The notes beneath the pieces were generated by a model, which ran no database searches, had not been told where the DNA came from, and saw nothing but the letters and a program-made list of their open reading frames with translations. Of a stretch of DNA of 64,000 nt, positions 1 to 10,483 are shown in pieces (position 1 is the stretch's first letter; the number at the start of each line of letters is the position of its first letter). Both the position numbers and the translations under genes were made by a program. The stretch is from an uncultured Chloroflexia bacterium. GTDB lineage: Bacteria; Chloroflexota; Limnocylindria; Limnocylindrales; CSP1-4. The DNA lies in the NCBI GenBank assembly GCA_963806175.1, contig CAWDXA010000005.1:197080-261079 (forward strand), in the 5' to 3' direction.

Positions 1-1
1 G

Positions 2-103
2 CCGCGGGCCGATCTGGCAGCGGCAGCCGCGGCGGAGCTGAGCGAGCCGGTCGCGACCGGGGCCTCGTACCGGCTGCGCAGGACGATCGGCCGGTGGCGG
101 TGA
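2..103 (+). CDS. 3' end of an upstream gene (partial, product unknown)
   Basis: Frame 2 from the window edge has G/C-rich third positions and ends at TGA 101-103. That stop overlaps a GTG of the next gene (GTGA). Absent from the ORF track because no start lies inside the window. Confidence 0.35.
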   Translation, partial: PRADLAAAAAAELSEPVATGASYRLRRTIGRWR

Positions 104-375
104 CGAGCGGGCCGGCCGCCGACACGGCACGGGCCGAGGTCCGCGAGCTGATCGCGGCCAAGGGCCACACGGTCGACAACGCACGCGCGGCGGTCACGCG
201 CCTGGAGGCGGCCTTCGGGGCCGGTGACCTCGCCAGGACGCCGTCCCTTGACCTGTTCCTCGGCGACCTGGTGCGCGCGCTCGAGCAGGACGAGGGCGAG
301 CGGCTCGGCGGCAAGAGCGCCGAGGCCGCACGGTTCATCCTGCGCGCCATCGACCGGGAGCTCGACCGGGCCTGA
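100..375 (+). CDS. hypothetical small protein
   Basis: ORF track 94..375. The in-frame GTG at 100 overlaps the upstream stop. Third positions are G/C-rich. No family recognised. Confidence 0.5.
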   Translation: MTSGPAADTARAEVRELIAAKGHTVDNARAAVTRLEAAFGAGDLARTPSLDLFLGDLVRALEQDEGERLGGKSAEAARFILRAIDRELDRA

Positions 376-511
376 TCGTCCTGCACGACCGGCAAATGCC
401 CGGTGAGTGCCGGGCGCCACGGCCGCGCTCGAAGGCGACCTCGCGACACGGCCGAAGCCGCCCCTCTACACTGGGTCTTCTCGACCGGCCCGAATCGGGA
501 GGCCCACCCCA

Positions 512-1462
512 ATGACGGATCTCAAGCTCGGCGTCCTGCTCTGGAACCAGGCCAGCTCGTGGCCGGACATCCTGGACGCCACGAAGCGACTCGAGCGGCT
601 CGGCTACGACCACGTCTGGGCCTGGGACCACCTGTACGCGATCTTCGGCGACCCCTACCAGCCGATCTTCGAGGGGTGGACCTCGCTCGCCGCGTACGCC
701 GCGTCGACCGAGCGGATCCGGCTTGGCCTGCTCGTCGGCGCCAACACGTTCCGCAACCCGGGCCTGGTCGCCAAGGAGGCGGCCACGCTCGACCACATCA
801 GCGGCGGGCGGGCGATCCTGGGCATCGGCGGCGCATGGATGGAAGAGGAGCACCAGGCGCACGGCATCGACTTCGGGAGCGGCTTCGGCCAGCGCCTCGA
901 CTGGCTGGACGAATTGGTCGGCGCGATGCGCGCGGTCCTCGACGGCGAGTCCGTGACCTCGGCTCCCGGCGGCCACTACCAGTTCAACGACCTGCGCCAC
1001 CAGCCGCTGCCGATCCAGCGGCGCCTGCCGATCATGATCGGCGGCAGCGGCGAGAAGAAGACGCTCCGGACGGTCGCTCGCTACGCGGACATGTGGAACG
1101 CGATGGGCCCGCTCGACTTCCTCGCCCACAAGGTCGACGTGCTGCGCGGGCATTGCGACGCGGTCGGGCGCGACGTCGCGGACATCGAGTTCACCCTCGG
1201 CGTGAAGGTGACGATCCGCGACACTGAGGCCGAGGCGGACCGCGTCTGGAAGGCCGCCATGGCGCACAACAGGACGCCACTGGCCGACGTCGCGGACGAC
1301 GACACGTTCTGGAACGGGACGCCGGAGCAGCTGGCCGACCGTCTCCGGCCGTACGTCGCGCTCGGCTTCCGGACGGTGATCTCGGAGCAGCCCGCGCCCT
1401 ACGACGTCGAGACGCTGGAACGATTCATCGGCGAGGTGAAACCGCTCGTCGAGGCAGGCTAG
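512..1462 (+). CDS. LLM-class (luciferase-like) flavin/F420-dependent oxidoreductase
   Basis: ORF track 407..1462. The conserved part starts at ATG 512 (MTDLKLGVLLWNQ...), preceded by GGGAGG. The sequence resembles the luciferase-like monooxygenase family throughout. Confidence 0.85.
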   Translation: MTDLKLGVLLWNQASSWPDILDATKRLERLGYDHVWAWDHLYAIFGDPYQPIFEGWTSLAAYAASTERIRLGLLVGANTFRNPGLVAKEAATLDHISGGRAILGIGGAWMEEEHQAHGIDFGSGFGQRLDWLDELVGAMRAVLDGESVTSAPGGHYQFNDLRHQPLPIQRRLPIMIGGSGEKKTLRTVARYADMWNAMGPLDFLAHKVDVLRGHCDAVGRDVADIEFTLGVKVTIRDTEAEADRVWKAAMAHNRTPLADVADDDTFWNGTPEQLADRLRPYVALGFRTVISEQPAPYDVETLERFIGEVKPLVEAG

Positions 1463-1470
1463 GGCCGGCC

Positions 1471-2733
1471 ATGAACGGGCCGGACTGGCACGCCACGGGG
1501 GCGACCGTCGATTTCGACCACGTCACCAAGCAGTACGACGCTCGTGCCAGAGGGACGCCCGGCGCCGTCAACGACCTGTCGTTCCACGTCCCCGCCGGCA
1601 AGATCTGCGTGCTGGTCGGACCGTCGGGGTGCGGCAAGACCACGTCGCTCAAGATGGTCAACCGGTTGATCGAGCCGACCGCGGGCCGGATCCGGCTCGA
1701 TGGCGTCGACACCGCGGGCCGTGACGTGACCGAGCTCCGGCGTGGCATCGGCTACGTCATCCAGCAGGTCGGCCTGTTCCCGCACCAGACGATCGGCCAG
1801 AACGTGGCAACGGTGCCGCGCCTCCTCGGCTGGCCGGCGGCCCGCCAGCGGGAACGGGCCGAGGAACTGCTGATGCTGGTCGGGCTCGATCCGGCCAGGT
1901 ACCGCGACCGGTTTCCCCGCCAGCTGTCCGGCGGCGAGCGCCAGCGTGTCGGGGTCGCCAGAGCGCTGGCTGCCGACCCGCCGATCATGCTCATGGACGA
2001 GCCGTTCGGCGCGGTCGACCCCATCGTCCGCGAGCGGCTGCAGAACGAGTTCCTGCGGCTCCAGGAAGAGCTGGCCAAGACGATCCTGTTCGTGACCCAC
2101 GACATCGACGAAGCCATCAAGATGGGCGACCTGGTCGCCGTCATGCAGCTCGGTGGGCGGCTCGAGCAATTCGCGCCGCCGGCCGAGATCCTCGCCAACC
2201 CGGCCTCGGAGTTCGTGGCCCGCTTCGTGGGTGCGGACCGCGGGCTCAAGCGGCTGTCGCTCAGTCGCGTGTCGGAGCTGGCGTTGCGTCCCGCGGTCGT
2301 CGCCAGGATCGGCGACCCGAGCGCCGAGGCACGCACGCGATCGGGGACCGACCCGTTCCCCTACCTCCTGCTCGTCGACGAGGGCCGGCGTCCGATCGGC
2401 TGGATCCCCGACGCCGCGATTCCGACCGAGGGCCGGCTCACCGAGCGGATGGCCCAGTCGATGTCGCCGTTGATCAACCGGCGAACGACCCTCAAGGACG
2501 CGCTGTCGATGCTCCTCGATGCCGACGTCCAGGCCGGCATCGTCGTCGACCGGACCGGAGCGGTCCTCGGACTCGTGACCGCCGACATGGTCGCCGAGCG
2601 GATGCGCGAGACGGCCGGCGACGCACGGTTCGCGCTCGTCGACCTCGAGACCATCGAGCTGGCCGACTCGGGGCTGAGCCCGTCGGCGTCGGCGACCGGC
2701 GAGGCCGACCCGGCCGAGTCCGCCCCGACATGA
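1471..2733 (+). CDS. osmoprotectant-type ABC transporter ATP-binding protein with C-terminal CBS-like region
   Basis: Walker A GPSGCGKTT, ABC signature LSGGERQR and Walker B IMLMDEPF. ProV/OpuCA-like C-terminal extension. Confidence 0.9.
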   Translation: MNGPDWHATGATVDFDHVTKQYDARARGTPGAVNDLSFHVPAGKICVLVGPSGCGKTTSLKMVNRLIEPTAGRIRLDGVDTAGRDVTELRRGIGYVIQQVGLFPHQTIGQNVATVPRLLGWPAARQRERAEELLMLVGLDPARYRDRFPRQLSGGERQRVGVARALAADPPIMLMDEPFGAVDPIVRERLQNEFLRLQEELAKTILFVTHDIDEAIKMGDLVAVMQLGGRLEQFAPPAEILANPASEFVARFVGADRGLKRLSLSRVSELALRPAVVARIGDPSAEARTRSGTDPFPYLLLVDEGRRPIGWIPDAAIPTEGRLTERMAQSMSPLINRRTTLKDALSMLLDADVQAGIVVDRTGAVLGLVTADMVAERMRETAGDARFALVDLETIELADSGLSPSASATGEADPAESAPT

Positions 2734-3395
2734 TCGACTGGGGCTGGGTGTCGGACCATCTCGACAAGGTCGCCTTCCGGACACTGCAACACCTCTACCT
2801 GACGGTCATCGCCCTGGCCGTCGGCTTCGCCATCTCGTTCGCGCTCGGGGTGATCGCCGCTCGCTGGCGCCCCGTCAATGCCGTGGCGACCGCCATCGCC
2901 GGGCTCGTATTCACCATCCCGAGCCTGGCGCTGTTCGCGGCACTCGTCCCGGCGACCGGCCTGACGGTCCTGACCGCGGAGATCCCACTGGTCCTGTACA
3001 CGCTGGTGATCCTGCTGCGCAACGTGGTGTCCGGCCTGCAGGCGGCGCCGCCCGACGTCCGCGAGGCCGCCGACGGGATGGGCTTCACGACGGTCGGCCG
3101 GCTGTGGTCGGTGGAGCTCCCGCTGGCCGTGCCGCTGATGATCGCGGGCCTGCGGGTCGCGGCCGTCTCGACCATCGGGCTGGTCACGATCACGGCCACA
3201 CTGGGGGACGCGCTCGGCGGGCTGGGCTTCTTCATCTACGAGGGGATGCGCCGCGGGTTCGCCACCGAGATCTACCTCGGTGCGCTCCCGGTGATCCTGC
3301 TGGCGCTGCTCGCCGATCGGGCCTTCGTCTGGTTGCAGCGCCGGGTGACGCCGTGGACCCAGCACGGCCGCCTGTCCGGTGAGGCGACGACGTGA
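2730..3395 (+). CDS. ABC transporter permease (OpuCB/ProW-like)
   Basis: Multi-pass membrane protein. ATGA overlap with the ATPase gene. Conserved loop ...DVREAADGMGFT... Confidence 0.85.
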   Translation: MIDWGWVSDHLDKVAFRTLQHLYLTVIALAVGFAISFALGVIAARWRPVNAVATAIAGLVFTIPSLALFAALVPATGLTVLTAEIPLVLYTLVILLRNVVSGLQAAPPDVREAADGMGFTTVGRLWSVELPLAVPLMIAGLRVAAVSTIGLVTITATLGDALGGLGFFIYEGMRRGFATEIYLGALPVILLALLADRAFVWLQRRVTPWTQHGRLSGEATT

Positions 3396-4132
3396 ACTTC
3401 ATCGACGACACCGTTGCGTGGTTGACGAATCCGCTCAACTGGGACGGGCCGAACGGGATTCCCGCTCGGCTGACCGAGCACGTCGAGATGTCGGTCGTCG
3501 TCATGCTGATCGCGATCGCGATTGCCCTGCCGGTGGGCCTGTCGATCGGCCACACGAGGCGCGGCGTGTCGATCGCTGTCGGCCTCGCGAACATCGGCCG
3601 GGCCGTCCCGACGTTCGCGATGATGGGGATCATCGCCCCGTTCACCCAGGCCTTCGATCCCGGCAACGGGTTCGGCCTCTACCCGACGCTCCTGGCGATG
3701 ATCATTCTGGGCATCCCGCCCATCCTCGTGAACACGTACGCCGGCGTGAGCGAGGTCGACCGCGACCTGGTCGAGGCCGCCCGCGGGATGGGCTTCCGAG
3801 GCGGGCAGATCCTGCGCGACATCGAGATCCCGCTGGCGCTCCCGGTGATCGTCGGCGGCATCCGATCGGCGGCGGTCCAGGTGATCGCCACGACGACGCT
3901 CGGCGCGATCTTCGGGATCGGCGGGCTCGGGCGGTTCGTCGTCGACGGGATCGCCCAGAACGACAACGGGATGCTGTTCGGCGGTGTCGTCCTGGTCGCC
4001 GCGCTGGCCATGCTCAGCGAGCTTCTCCTGAGCCGCGTCCAGCGAATCTCGGACCCCTCCGGAGGAAGGCGCGCACGACCCCGGCCGTTCCTCCGGGTCG
4101 CCGAGGCGCCCCTGCCCGGCACGGCCGGCTGA
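3392..4132 (+). CDS. ABC transporter permease (OpuCD-like)
   Basis: Multi-pass membrane protein. GTGA overlap with the previous permease gene. Conserved loop ...LVEAARGMGFR... Confidence 0.85.
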   Translation: MNFIDDTVAWLTNPLNWDGPNGIPARLTEHVEMSVVVMLIAIAIALPVGLSIGHTRRGVSIAVGLANIGRAVPTFAMMGIIAPFTQAFDPGNGFGLYPTLLAMIILGIPPILVNTYAGVSEVDRDLVEAARGMGFRGGQILRDIEIPLALPVIVGGIRSAAVQVIATTTLGAIFGIGGLGRFVVDGIAQNDNGMLFGGVVLVAALAMLSELLLSRVQRISDPSGGRRARPRPFLRVAEAPLPGTAG

Positions 4133-4189
4133 CACCAAAGACAGGACATTTCCTGCCCGGATTGTTGACACGGGTTGGTGACATTTCGC

Positions 4190-4198
4190 TGGTATAGT
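4190..4198 (+). promoter_or_regulatory. candidate extended -10 promoter element (TGgTATAGT)
   Basis: TATAGT at 4193-4198 preceded by TGG, in a locally AT-richer gap before the binding-protein gene. The TTGACA at 4165-4170 is 22 nt away, too far for a standard -35. Confidence 0.25.
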
Positions 4199-4246
4199 CC
4201 CCCGACTGTCGGCAGTCCCAGCACGGCAGATCACGGAGGTACCCAC

Positions 4247-5257
4247 ATGCGGATACGCCGCACGCTCGCCCTCGGGGCGTCGATCATGGCGCTCGTCAGC
4301 GCCTGTTCGACGGGTGGGGGCAGCAGCGCAACACCAAGCAGTGCCGCGAGTACGGCGCCCAGCGAGGCCGCCAGCGCGCCTGCCAGCACCGAGCCGAGCG
4401 CCTCCCCCAGCGCCGCGGTCTCGAACCCGACCATTCGGCTCGGCAGCGACGGCTTCTACGAAGCCAAGCTGATGGCCGAGATCTACGGCCAGGCACTGGA
4501 GGCAAACGGCTACACGGTCGATCGCACCGCCATCGGCATCGGCGCCCGGAAGGTGTCGGCCGCCGCCCTCGAGAGCGGCCAGTTCGACCTCAAGCCCGAG
4601 TACATCGGGAGCGGCCTCGCCTACTACGACCCGGGCGCCCAGACCGGTGACCCGATGGTCAACCGGGCGGCCCTGCAGGCGGTTCTCACCGGGAAGGGCG
4701 GGGGCATCACGGTCCTCGCGTTCTCGCCGGCCGCCGACCAGAACGCGTTCGTCGTCCGCAAGGAGACCGCCGATCAGTACAAGCTCGCGAAGATGAGCGA
4801 CCTGACGGCCGTCGCCGACAAGCTCAAGTTCGGCGTCGCGACCGACTGCCCGACCAACCCGGTCTGCGCCAAGGCGCTCAAGGACGCCTACGGCATCGAC
4901 GTCGCCAACGCGACCAAGCTGTCCGCCTGCGACACTCCGATGGCCCAGGCGCTCAAGGGCAAGACCATCGATGTCGCCGAGCTGTGCTCGACGCAGCCTG
5001 ACATCGCGGTCAACGGATGGGTCGTCCTGGAGGACGACAAGCAGACGCAGCCGGCCGACAACATCGCGCCGCTCGTTCGCAACGATCTGCTCGCGAAGCT
5101 CGCCGACAAGGTCGGCTTCGAGAACATCCTCAACCAGGTCTCGGCCGCGATGGATACGGCAACCCTGACCGACCTCGGCAAGCAGGTCGCGGTCGACAAC
5201 AAGGACATCGCCGACGTGGCGAAGGCCTGGCTCCAGAGCAAGAGCCTCGTCAAGTAA
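4247..5257 (+). CDS. glycine betaine/choline-type ABC substrate-binding lipoprotein
   Basis: ORF track 4175..5257. ATG 4247 follows GGAGG (4235-4239). Lipoprotein signal MRIRRTLALGASIMALVSAC. OpuAC-like binding domain. Confidence 0.85.
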   Translation: MRIRRTLALGASIMALVSACSTGGGSSATPSSAASTAPSEAASAPASTEPSASPSAAVSNPTIRLGSDGFYEAKLMAEIYGQALEANGYTVDRTAIGIGARKVSAAALESGQFDLKPEYIGSGLAYYDPGAQTGDPMVNRAALQAVLTGKGGGITVLAFSPAADQNAFVVRKETADQYKLAKMSDLTAVADKLKFGVATDCPTNPVCAKALKDAYGIDVANATKLSACDTPMAQALKGKTIDVAELCSTQPDIAVNGWVVLEDDKQTQPADNIAPLVRNDLLAKLADKVGFENILNQVSAAMDTATLTDLGKQVAVDNKDIADVAKAWLQSKSLVK

Positions 5258-5277
5258 CCGTTCTCGCCGAGCGCTCG

Positions 5278-5304
5278 CGAACCCCCGGCCCCGCCGGGGG
5301 TTCG
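5278..5304. terminator. bidirectional stem-loop between convergent genes
   Basis: CGAACCCCCGG (5278-5288) pairs perfectly with CCGGGGGTTCG (5294-5304). No U-tract. Confidence 0.5.
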
Positions 5305-5323
5305 TCGATTCCGGGCGCCGGGT

Positions 5324-6145
5324 CTACTCCGTGGGCCGCCGCGCAGTGAGCTTGGGCGAGCGCCGCAGGCGCAGTCGGTGGAGGAGGTAGCGGGCCACCA
5401 CCCGGAGCGTCGACAGTCCGTACACGATGCTGCGCCGCAGACCGACCGAGGACGCCTCCTCGAAGTAGCGCGTGGGGACCGCGATCTCGCCAATCCGGTC
5501 GATCATTCCGGCGGCGACCACCTGGGCGATCAACTCCTGGTCGAACACGAAGTCGTCGCTGTTGAGGCGATACGGGATCGTCTCGAGCAGGCGCCGGCTG
5601 TACGCCCGCAGCCCGGTGTGGTACTCGGACAGGCGCAGCCCAAACGCGAGGTTCTCGAGCTCCGTGAGAAACCGGTTGCTCACGTACTTCCAGCGCGGCA
5701 TGCCGCCGGCGAGGGGATCGCCGAGGAACCGGCTGCCCAACATCAGGTCTCGCGAGCCGTCCGCGATCGGGGCGATCAATGCGGGGATCCGCGTGGCGTC
5801 GTACTGGTAGTCGGGGTGGAGCATGACGACAATGTCGGCACCGGCGGCAAGGGCCGCGTCGTAGCAGGTCTTCTGGTTGCCGCCGTAGCCGCGGTTCTCG
5901 GGATGGATGATGACGACGAGGCCGAGCTGGCCGGCGATCTCGACGGTCTCGTCGGCCGACACGTCGTCGACCAGGATGATCTGGTCGACCAGCTCGTGCG
6001 GGATGTCGGCGTAGGTTCGCTGCAGGGTCCTGGCGGCGTTGTATGCCGGCATGACGATGACCAGCCGTGGCCTGCCCGCGACCTCTTCGTCTCGGTTCGT
6101 GCTCGAATTGGGTGTTCGGGCGAATGACACGCGGCGCTCCTGCAA
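5324..6145 (-). CDS. family 2 glycosyltransferase (dolichyl-phosphate sugar synthase-like)
   Basis: GT-A N-terminal motifs (VIVMPAYNAA...ILVDDVSADET...) and a DXD-like region. A single clean ORF. Confidence 0.85.
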   Translation of the reverse strand: MQERRVSFARTPNSSTNRDEEVAGRPRLVIVMPAYNAARTLQRTYADIPHELVDQIILVDDVSADETVEIAGQLGLVVIIHPENRGYGGNQKTCYDAALAAGADIVVMLHPDYQYDATRIPALIAPIADGSRDLMLGSRFLGDPLAGGMPRWKYVSNRFLTELENLAFGLRLSEYHTGLRAYSRRLLETIPYRLNSDDFVFDQELIAQVVAAGMIDRIGEIAVPTRYFEEASSVGLRRSIVYGLSTLRVVARYLLHRLRLRRSPKLTARRPTE

Positions 6146-6244
6146 CAGCCGGGGGGACGATGGTACCCGGGAAGGTCCGATGGCTCACGCGCGGCGCTCG
6201 ATCGTACCCCTGGACTCCCGGCCCGCCCCGGCTGGAACGCTCGT

Positions 6245-6375
6245 GTGCCAATCGTCGAAGCAGAACGGGCCCTTCCGCTGTTTGGCACAGGGCCGATCCA
6301 ATCGACGGCTGAGTTGGGCATGACCTGGGTCTCCAGCGTCAATTGGAACATCGGCGATCCAACGGAGGAGCTGGG
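6245..6375. repeat. mosaic intergenic element, copy A (alternating CCAATCGACG-type repeats)
   Basis: Motif copies at 6248(+), 6298(+), 6337(-) and 6359(+, degenerate). The block 6338-6375 matches 57075-57111. Confidence 0.6.
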
Positions 6376-6380
6376 CGCAG

Positions 6381-6459
6381 TGCCGTGGCGTGGGTGCCGT
6401 GGCGTGGGCGCCGTGCCGCGGCGTGGGCGCCGTGCCGTGGCGTGGGCGCCGTGCCGCGG
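6381..6459. repeat. tandem repeat, 19-nt unit TGCCGYGGCGTGGGCGCCG, about 4.5 copies
   Basis: Full copies at 6395-6413, 6414-6432 and 6433-6451, with truncated copies at both ends. A GCGGAA/TTCCGC hairpin follows at 6456-6474. Confidence 0.85.
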
Positions 6460-6524
6460 AATGCACTGTTCCGCCCGCTCGCGATCCTGTGGGACGATAG
6501 GGCTGCCACGCACGAGGATCACGA

Positions 6525-7127
6525 ATGTTCGACCGTCTCTTCGGCAATCGCGACCAGGATCCGGCCGCCGCGGCCCGCGTCCCGCCCGGCCAGTATCGGA
6601 CGGAGAAGTTCCCCGTCCTGCATTACGGCTCGGTTCCGCGCACGGACCTGGCGACCTGGGACTTCCGGGTCTGGGGCCAGGTGGACGCGCCGTTCACCTT
6701 GACCTGGGACCAGTTCAAGGCCCTGCCGCGCAAGACGGTCGCCACCGACATCCACTGCGTGACCCGCTGGAGCAAGCTCGACACGACCTGGGAGGGCGTG
6801 CCCATCCGGGCGATCCTCGACATGGCAGTCGTCCGGCCGACCGCGACGCACGTGGTCTCCCACGCCGAGCAGGGCTACACGGCCAACCTGCCGCTTTCCG
6901 TCCTCGACGATGACGACGTGCTGCTGGCCGACACGTTCGACGGCGAGCCGCTCGAGCTCGAGCACGGCTACCCGCTGCGCCTGCTCGTGCCGAAGAAGTA
7001 CTTCTGGAAGTCCAGCAAGTGGGTCCGCGGCCTCGAGTTCCTGGACCACGACGAGCTCGGCTTCTGGGAGCGCTACGGCTACCACAACGGCGCCGACCCG
7101 TGGCGGGAAGAGCGGTTCAGCGAGTAG
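6525..7127 (+). CDS. sulfite-oxidase-like molybdopterin-binding oxidoreductase (MsrP/YedY-type domain)
   Basis: Single ORF after GAGGA. Conserved ...[10 protein letters not shown]...[20 protein letters not shown]... typical of the Oxidored_molyb domain. No signal peptide seen. Confidence 0.8.
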   Translation: MFDRLFGNRDQDPAAAARVPPGQYRTEKFPVLHYGSVPRTDLATWDFRVWGQVDAPFTLTWDQFKALPRKTVATDIHCVTRWSKLDTTWEGVPIRAILDMAVVRPTATHVVSHAEQGYTANLPLSVLDDDDVLLADTFDGEPLELEHGYPLRLLVPKKYFWKSSKWVRGLEFLDHDELGFWERYGYHNGADPWREERFSE

Positions 7128-7205
7128 GGGGGACGACCGACGCGAGCCCCTGCGAGCCGGTCGACCCGGCCCCCCCGACCCGCCCGATCGCCCAGCAAGA
7201 CCCCG

Positions 7206-8474
7206 ATCCGGATCCATCGAGCGGCAGCCGTCCTGGCGGTGCTCGTCGTCGGGGCCGGCTGCACACCATCCGCGACACTACCGCCGTCAGCGCTCCCGAC
7301 CACGGCGCCATCGGCGTCGCCGACGCGCTCGCCCGTTGCCGGGCTCGACTGGCGGAGCGCCCTTGACGTCGCCCGGCCTGAGGACGCCTTTCCGACCGGC
7401 CCGCCGGCCTCCGAGGCCCCTCCGGGCCGGTTCACGGCCGGCCATCCCGGTCATTTCCCTGGGCAGGCCACGATCGCCGATGTCGCCAACCTCGACGGCC
7501 GGCTGATTGCCGTCGGCTACGTCGGCTGGGACTGGCGACCGGTTGCCTGGACGTCGACGGATCCCGACCACTGGTCGCTCATCGAGATCGGTCGTGCCAG
7601 GCCGGCCGAGCCTGCCTTCGCTGTCGCGCTGACCCCGCTGCCGGATGGCAGCGGGGTGGTCGCCGTCGGGCGATCCGGCCAGCATCCGATTGTTTGGACC
7701 TCGGCCGATGGCGGCGCGTGGGCCGAGCATGATGTCCCGGTTGTCGACGGCCCGACCGCCTGGGACCGGATGACGACCGTGGCGTCCGGACCCCTCGGTC
7801 TGCTTGCCGGCGGCAGCGTCGGCCCCGAGCTGTTCGAACGGCAGGCCCGGTTCTGGCGGTCGTCCGACGGCGTCTCGTGGTCACCGGTCGCCGACGATCC
7901 CGGCTTCGAGGGAGCGGAGGTCACGGCGATCACGCCGGTCCCCGACGGGTGGCTCGCCCTCGGCCGGCTCGGCACCGGGCAACGGACGACCGGGTCGGTT
8001 GCCTGGCGATCGCCGGACGGCGAACACTGGACGAGGATCGACGATCCCGACCTGGCGCGAGGCTGGGTGCGCTCCGTGGTCGAGGCCCCGGACGGCTCGC
8101 TCGAGGCGGTCGGCAGCGAACCCAACGAGATCGGTGCCTACGCCTGGCGCTCGACCGACCTGGGGCGAACCTGGACGCTCGCTCCCGAAGAAGCATCCCG
8201 AACCTGGTACGGAAGCAAGATCCGGATGATGGACGTCATGGCGACGCCGGACGGCCTGCTCGCGGTCGGCAACCTGGTCGAGGTCCAGTACGGGACCGGA
8301 CAGAGCTGGCTGTCGGCCGACGGGCTCCACTGGGATCGTTCGCCGAATCAGCCGTCGCTTGGCCAGATCGAGCCGAGTGCAGTCGTCGCCTTCGGCGATC
8401 GGTACGTCATGGTCGGGACCTTCGGCGCCCCCGACAACTACATTCCCCGCGCCTGGATCTCGCCGCCCGGGTAG
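7206..8474 (+). CDS. BNR/Asp-box repeat beta-propeller lipoprotein
   Basis: ORF track 7239..8474, with 6-7 Asp-box repeats (W[RT]S.D.G..W). The track's GTG start leaves only MLVVGAGC before the lipobox Cys. The in-frame ATC at 7206 or 7212 would give a full signal peptide, (M)RIHRAAAVLAVLVVGAGC. The 5' end is uncertain. Confidence 0.7.
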   Translation: MRIHRAAAVLAVLVVGAGCTPSATLPPSALPTTAPSASPTRSPVAGLDWRSALDVARPEDAFPTGPPASEAPPGRFTAGHPGHFPGQATIADVANLDGRLIAVGYVGWDWRPVAWTSTDPDHWSLIEIGRARPAEPAFAVALTPLPDGSGVVAVGRSGQHPIVWTSADGGAWAEHDVPVVDGPTAWDRMTTVASGPLGLLAGGSVGPELFERQARFWRSSDGVSWSPVADDPGFEGAEVTAITPVPDGWLALGRLGTGQRTTGSVAWRSPDGEHWTRIDDPDLARGWVRSVVEAPDGSLEAVGSEPNEIGAYAWRSTDLGRTWTLAPEEASRTWYGSKIRMMDVMATPDGLLAVGNLVEVQYGTGQSWLSADGLHWDRSPNQPSLGQIEPSAVVAFGDRYVMVGTFGAPDNYIPRAWISPPG

Positions 8475-8562
8475 CCCGCGCGACCGACGCCAGCTTCCAT
8501 GGGTGCGGCCGGAGGCCTGGCCCAGAGGCCCGCTTGGGTCCCAAGGGTCCGTGCTCCTGCAT

Positions 8563-8596
8563 GCACGAAGCCGCCGGACCGCCGGCGGCTTCGTGC
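8563..8596. terminator. strong bidirectional stem-loop between convergent genes
   Basis: GCACGAAGCCGCCGG (8563-8577), loop ACCG, CCGGCGGCTTCGTGC (8582-8596). Perfect 15-bp stem. Confidence 0.6.
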
Positions 8597-8643
8597 TCGA
8601 CGAGGTCGACCAGGCGGCGAGCCGTCGCCAGCCGGTCGGTGTG

Positions 8644-9024
8644 TCAGTGAGCGCAGCTCCTCGCCGAACCCGCGTCGTCCGCCGTCCGGAAGCTCGAACC
8701 GCAACCGCAGGCCGCCACCGCGTTCGGGTTGTTGACCGTGAATCCCGCGCCCATCAGCGTATCGACGTAGTCGATCTGCGCGCCCTTGAGGAGATCCACG
8801 CTCTGGCCGTCGACGTAGACCCTGATCCCGCTGGCCTCCATCACCCGGTCCTCGGCGGTGGGCGCATCCTCGAGCATCATCCCGTAGCGGAACCCGGAGC
8901 AGCCGCCCGAGTAGACGTAGACGCGCAGGCCGATCTCGGGGTTTGTCTCTTCCTTGGTGAGCTCCTGCAGCTTGAGGACCGCGGCGTCGGTAAGGGAGAC
9001 GACCGTCGGCTGCTGGTCGATCAT
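8644..9024 (-). CDS. erpA: A-type iron-sulfur cluster carrier (HesB/IscA/ErpA family)
   Basis: ORF track 8644..9114. ATG 9024 (MIDQQP...) follows GGAGGA. Conserved ...YVYSGGCSGFRYGM... and C-terminal CGCGSSF. Confidence 0.85.
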   Translation of the reverse strand: MIDQQPTVVSLTDAAVLKLQELTKEETNPEIGLRVYVYSGGCSGFRYGMMLEDAPTAEDRVMEASGIRVYVDGQSVDLLKGAQIDYVDTLMGAGFTVNNPNAVAACGCGSSFRTADDAGSARSCAH

Positions 9025-9081
9025 CAGGCTGGATCCTCCGAGGTGGCTTGCTGGCTCGCGGCGGTCGCGTGGTTGACGGCC

Positions 9082-9110
9082 ATCGTACGCAAGGCAACAG
9101 GTTTCGACAA
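9082..9110 (-). promoter_or_regulatory. candidate promoter of erpA
   Basis: On the minus strand, TTGTCG (9110-9105), 17 nt, TACGAT (9087-9082). This lies about 58 nt upstream of the start. Confidence 0.35.
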
Positions 9111-9259
9111 GCACCCGCGTCGAAACCCAACTCCCCAGTGCTCAGACGCCGCTTGGCGGTGCAGGCGAAGACGCCGGCGAAGCGAGGAAACGAGCGCACC
9201 AACGCGTGCGTGGGCGAGCGAACGCAGCCGGCAACGCACGCCTGCGCCGCCCAGCGACG

Positions 9260-10479
<1,220 letters not shown>

Positions 10480-10483
<4 letters not shown>

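Noticed and set aside
4165-4170. TTGACA as the -35 element for the TATAGT at 4193.
   Set aside because: The spacer is 22 nt, outside the functional 16-19 nt range. Only the extended -10 is kept, at low confidence.
6381-6459. G-quadruplex potential of the GGG-containing 19-nt array.
   Set aside because: The GGG runs are about 16 nt apart, too far for canonical G4 loops.
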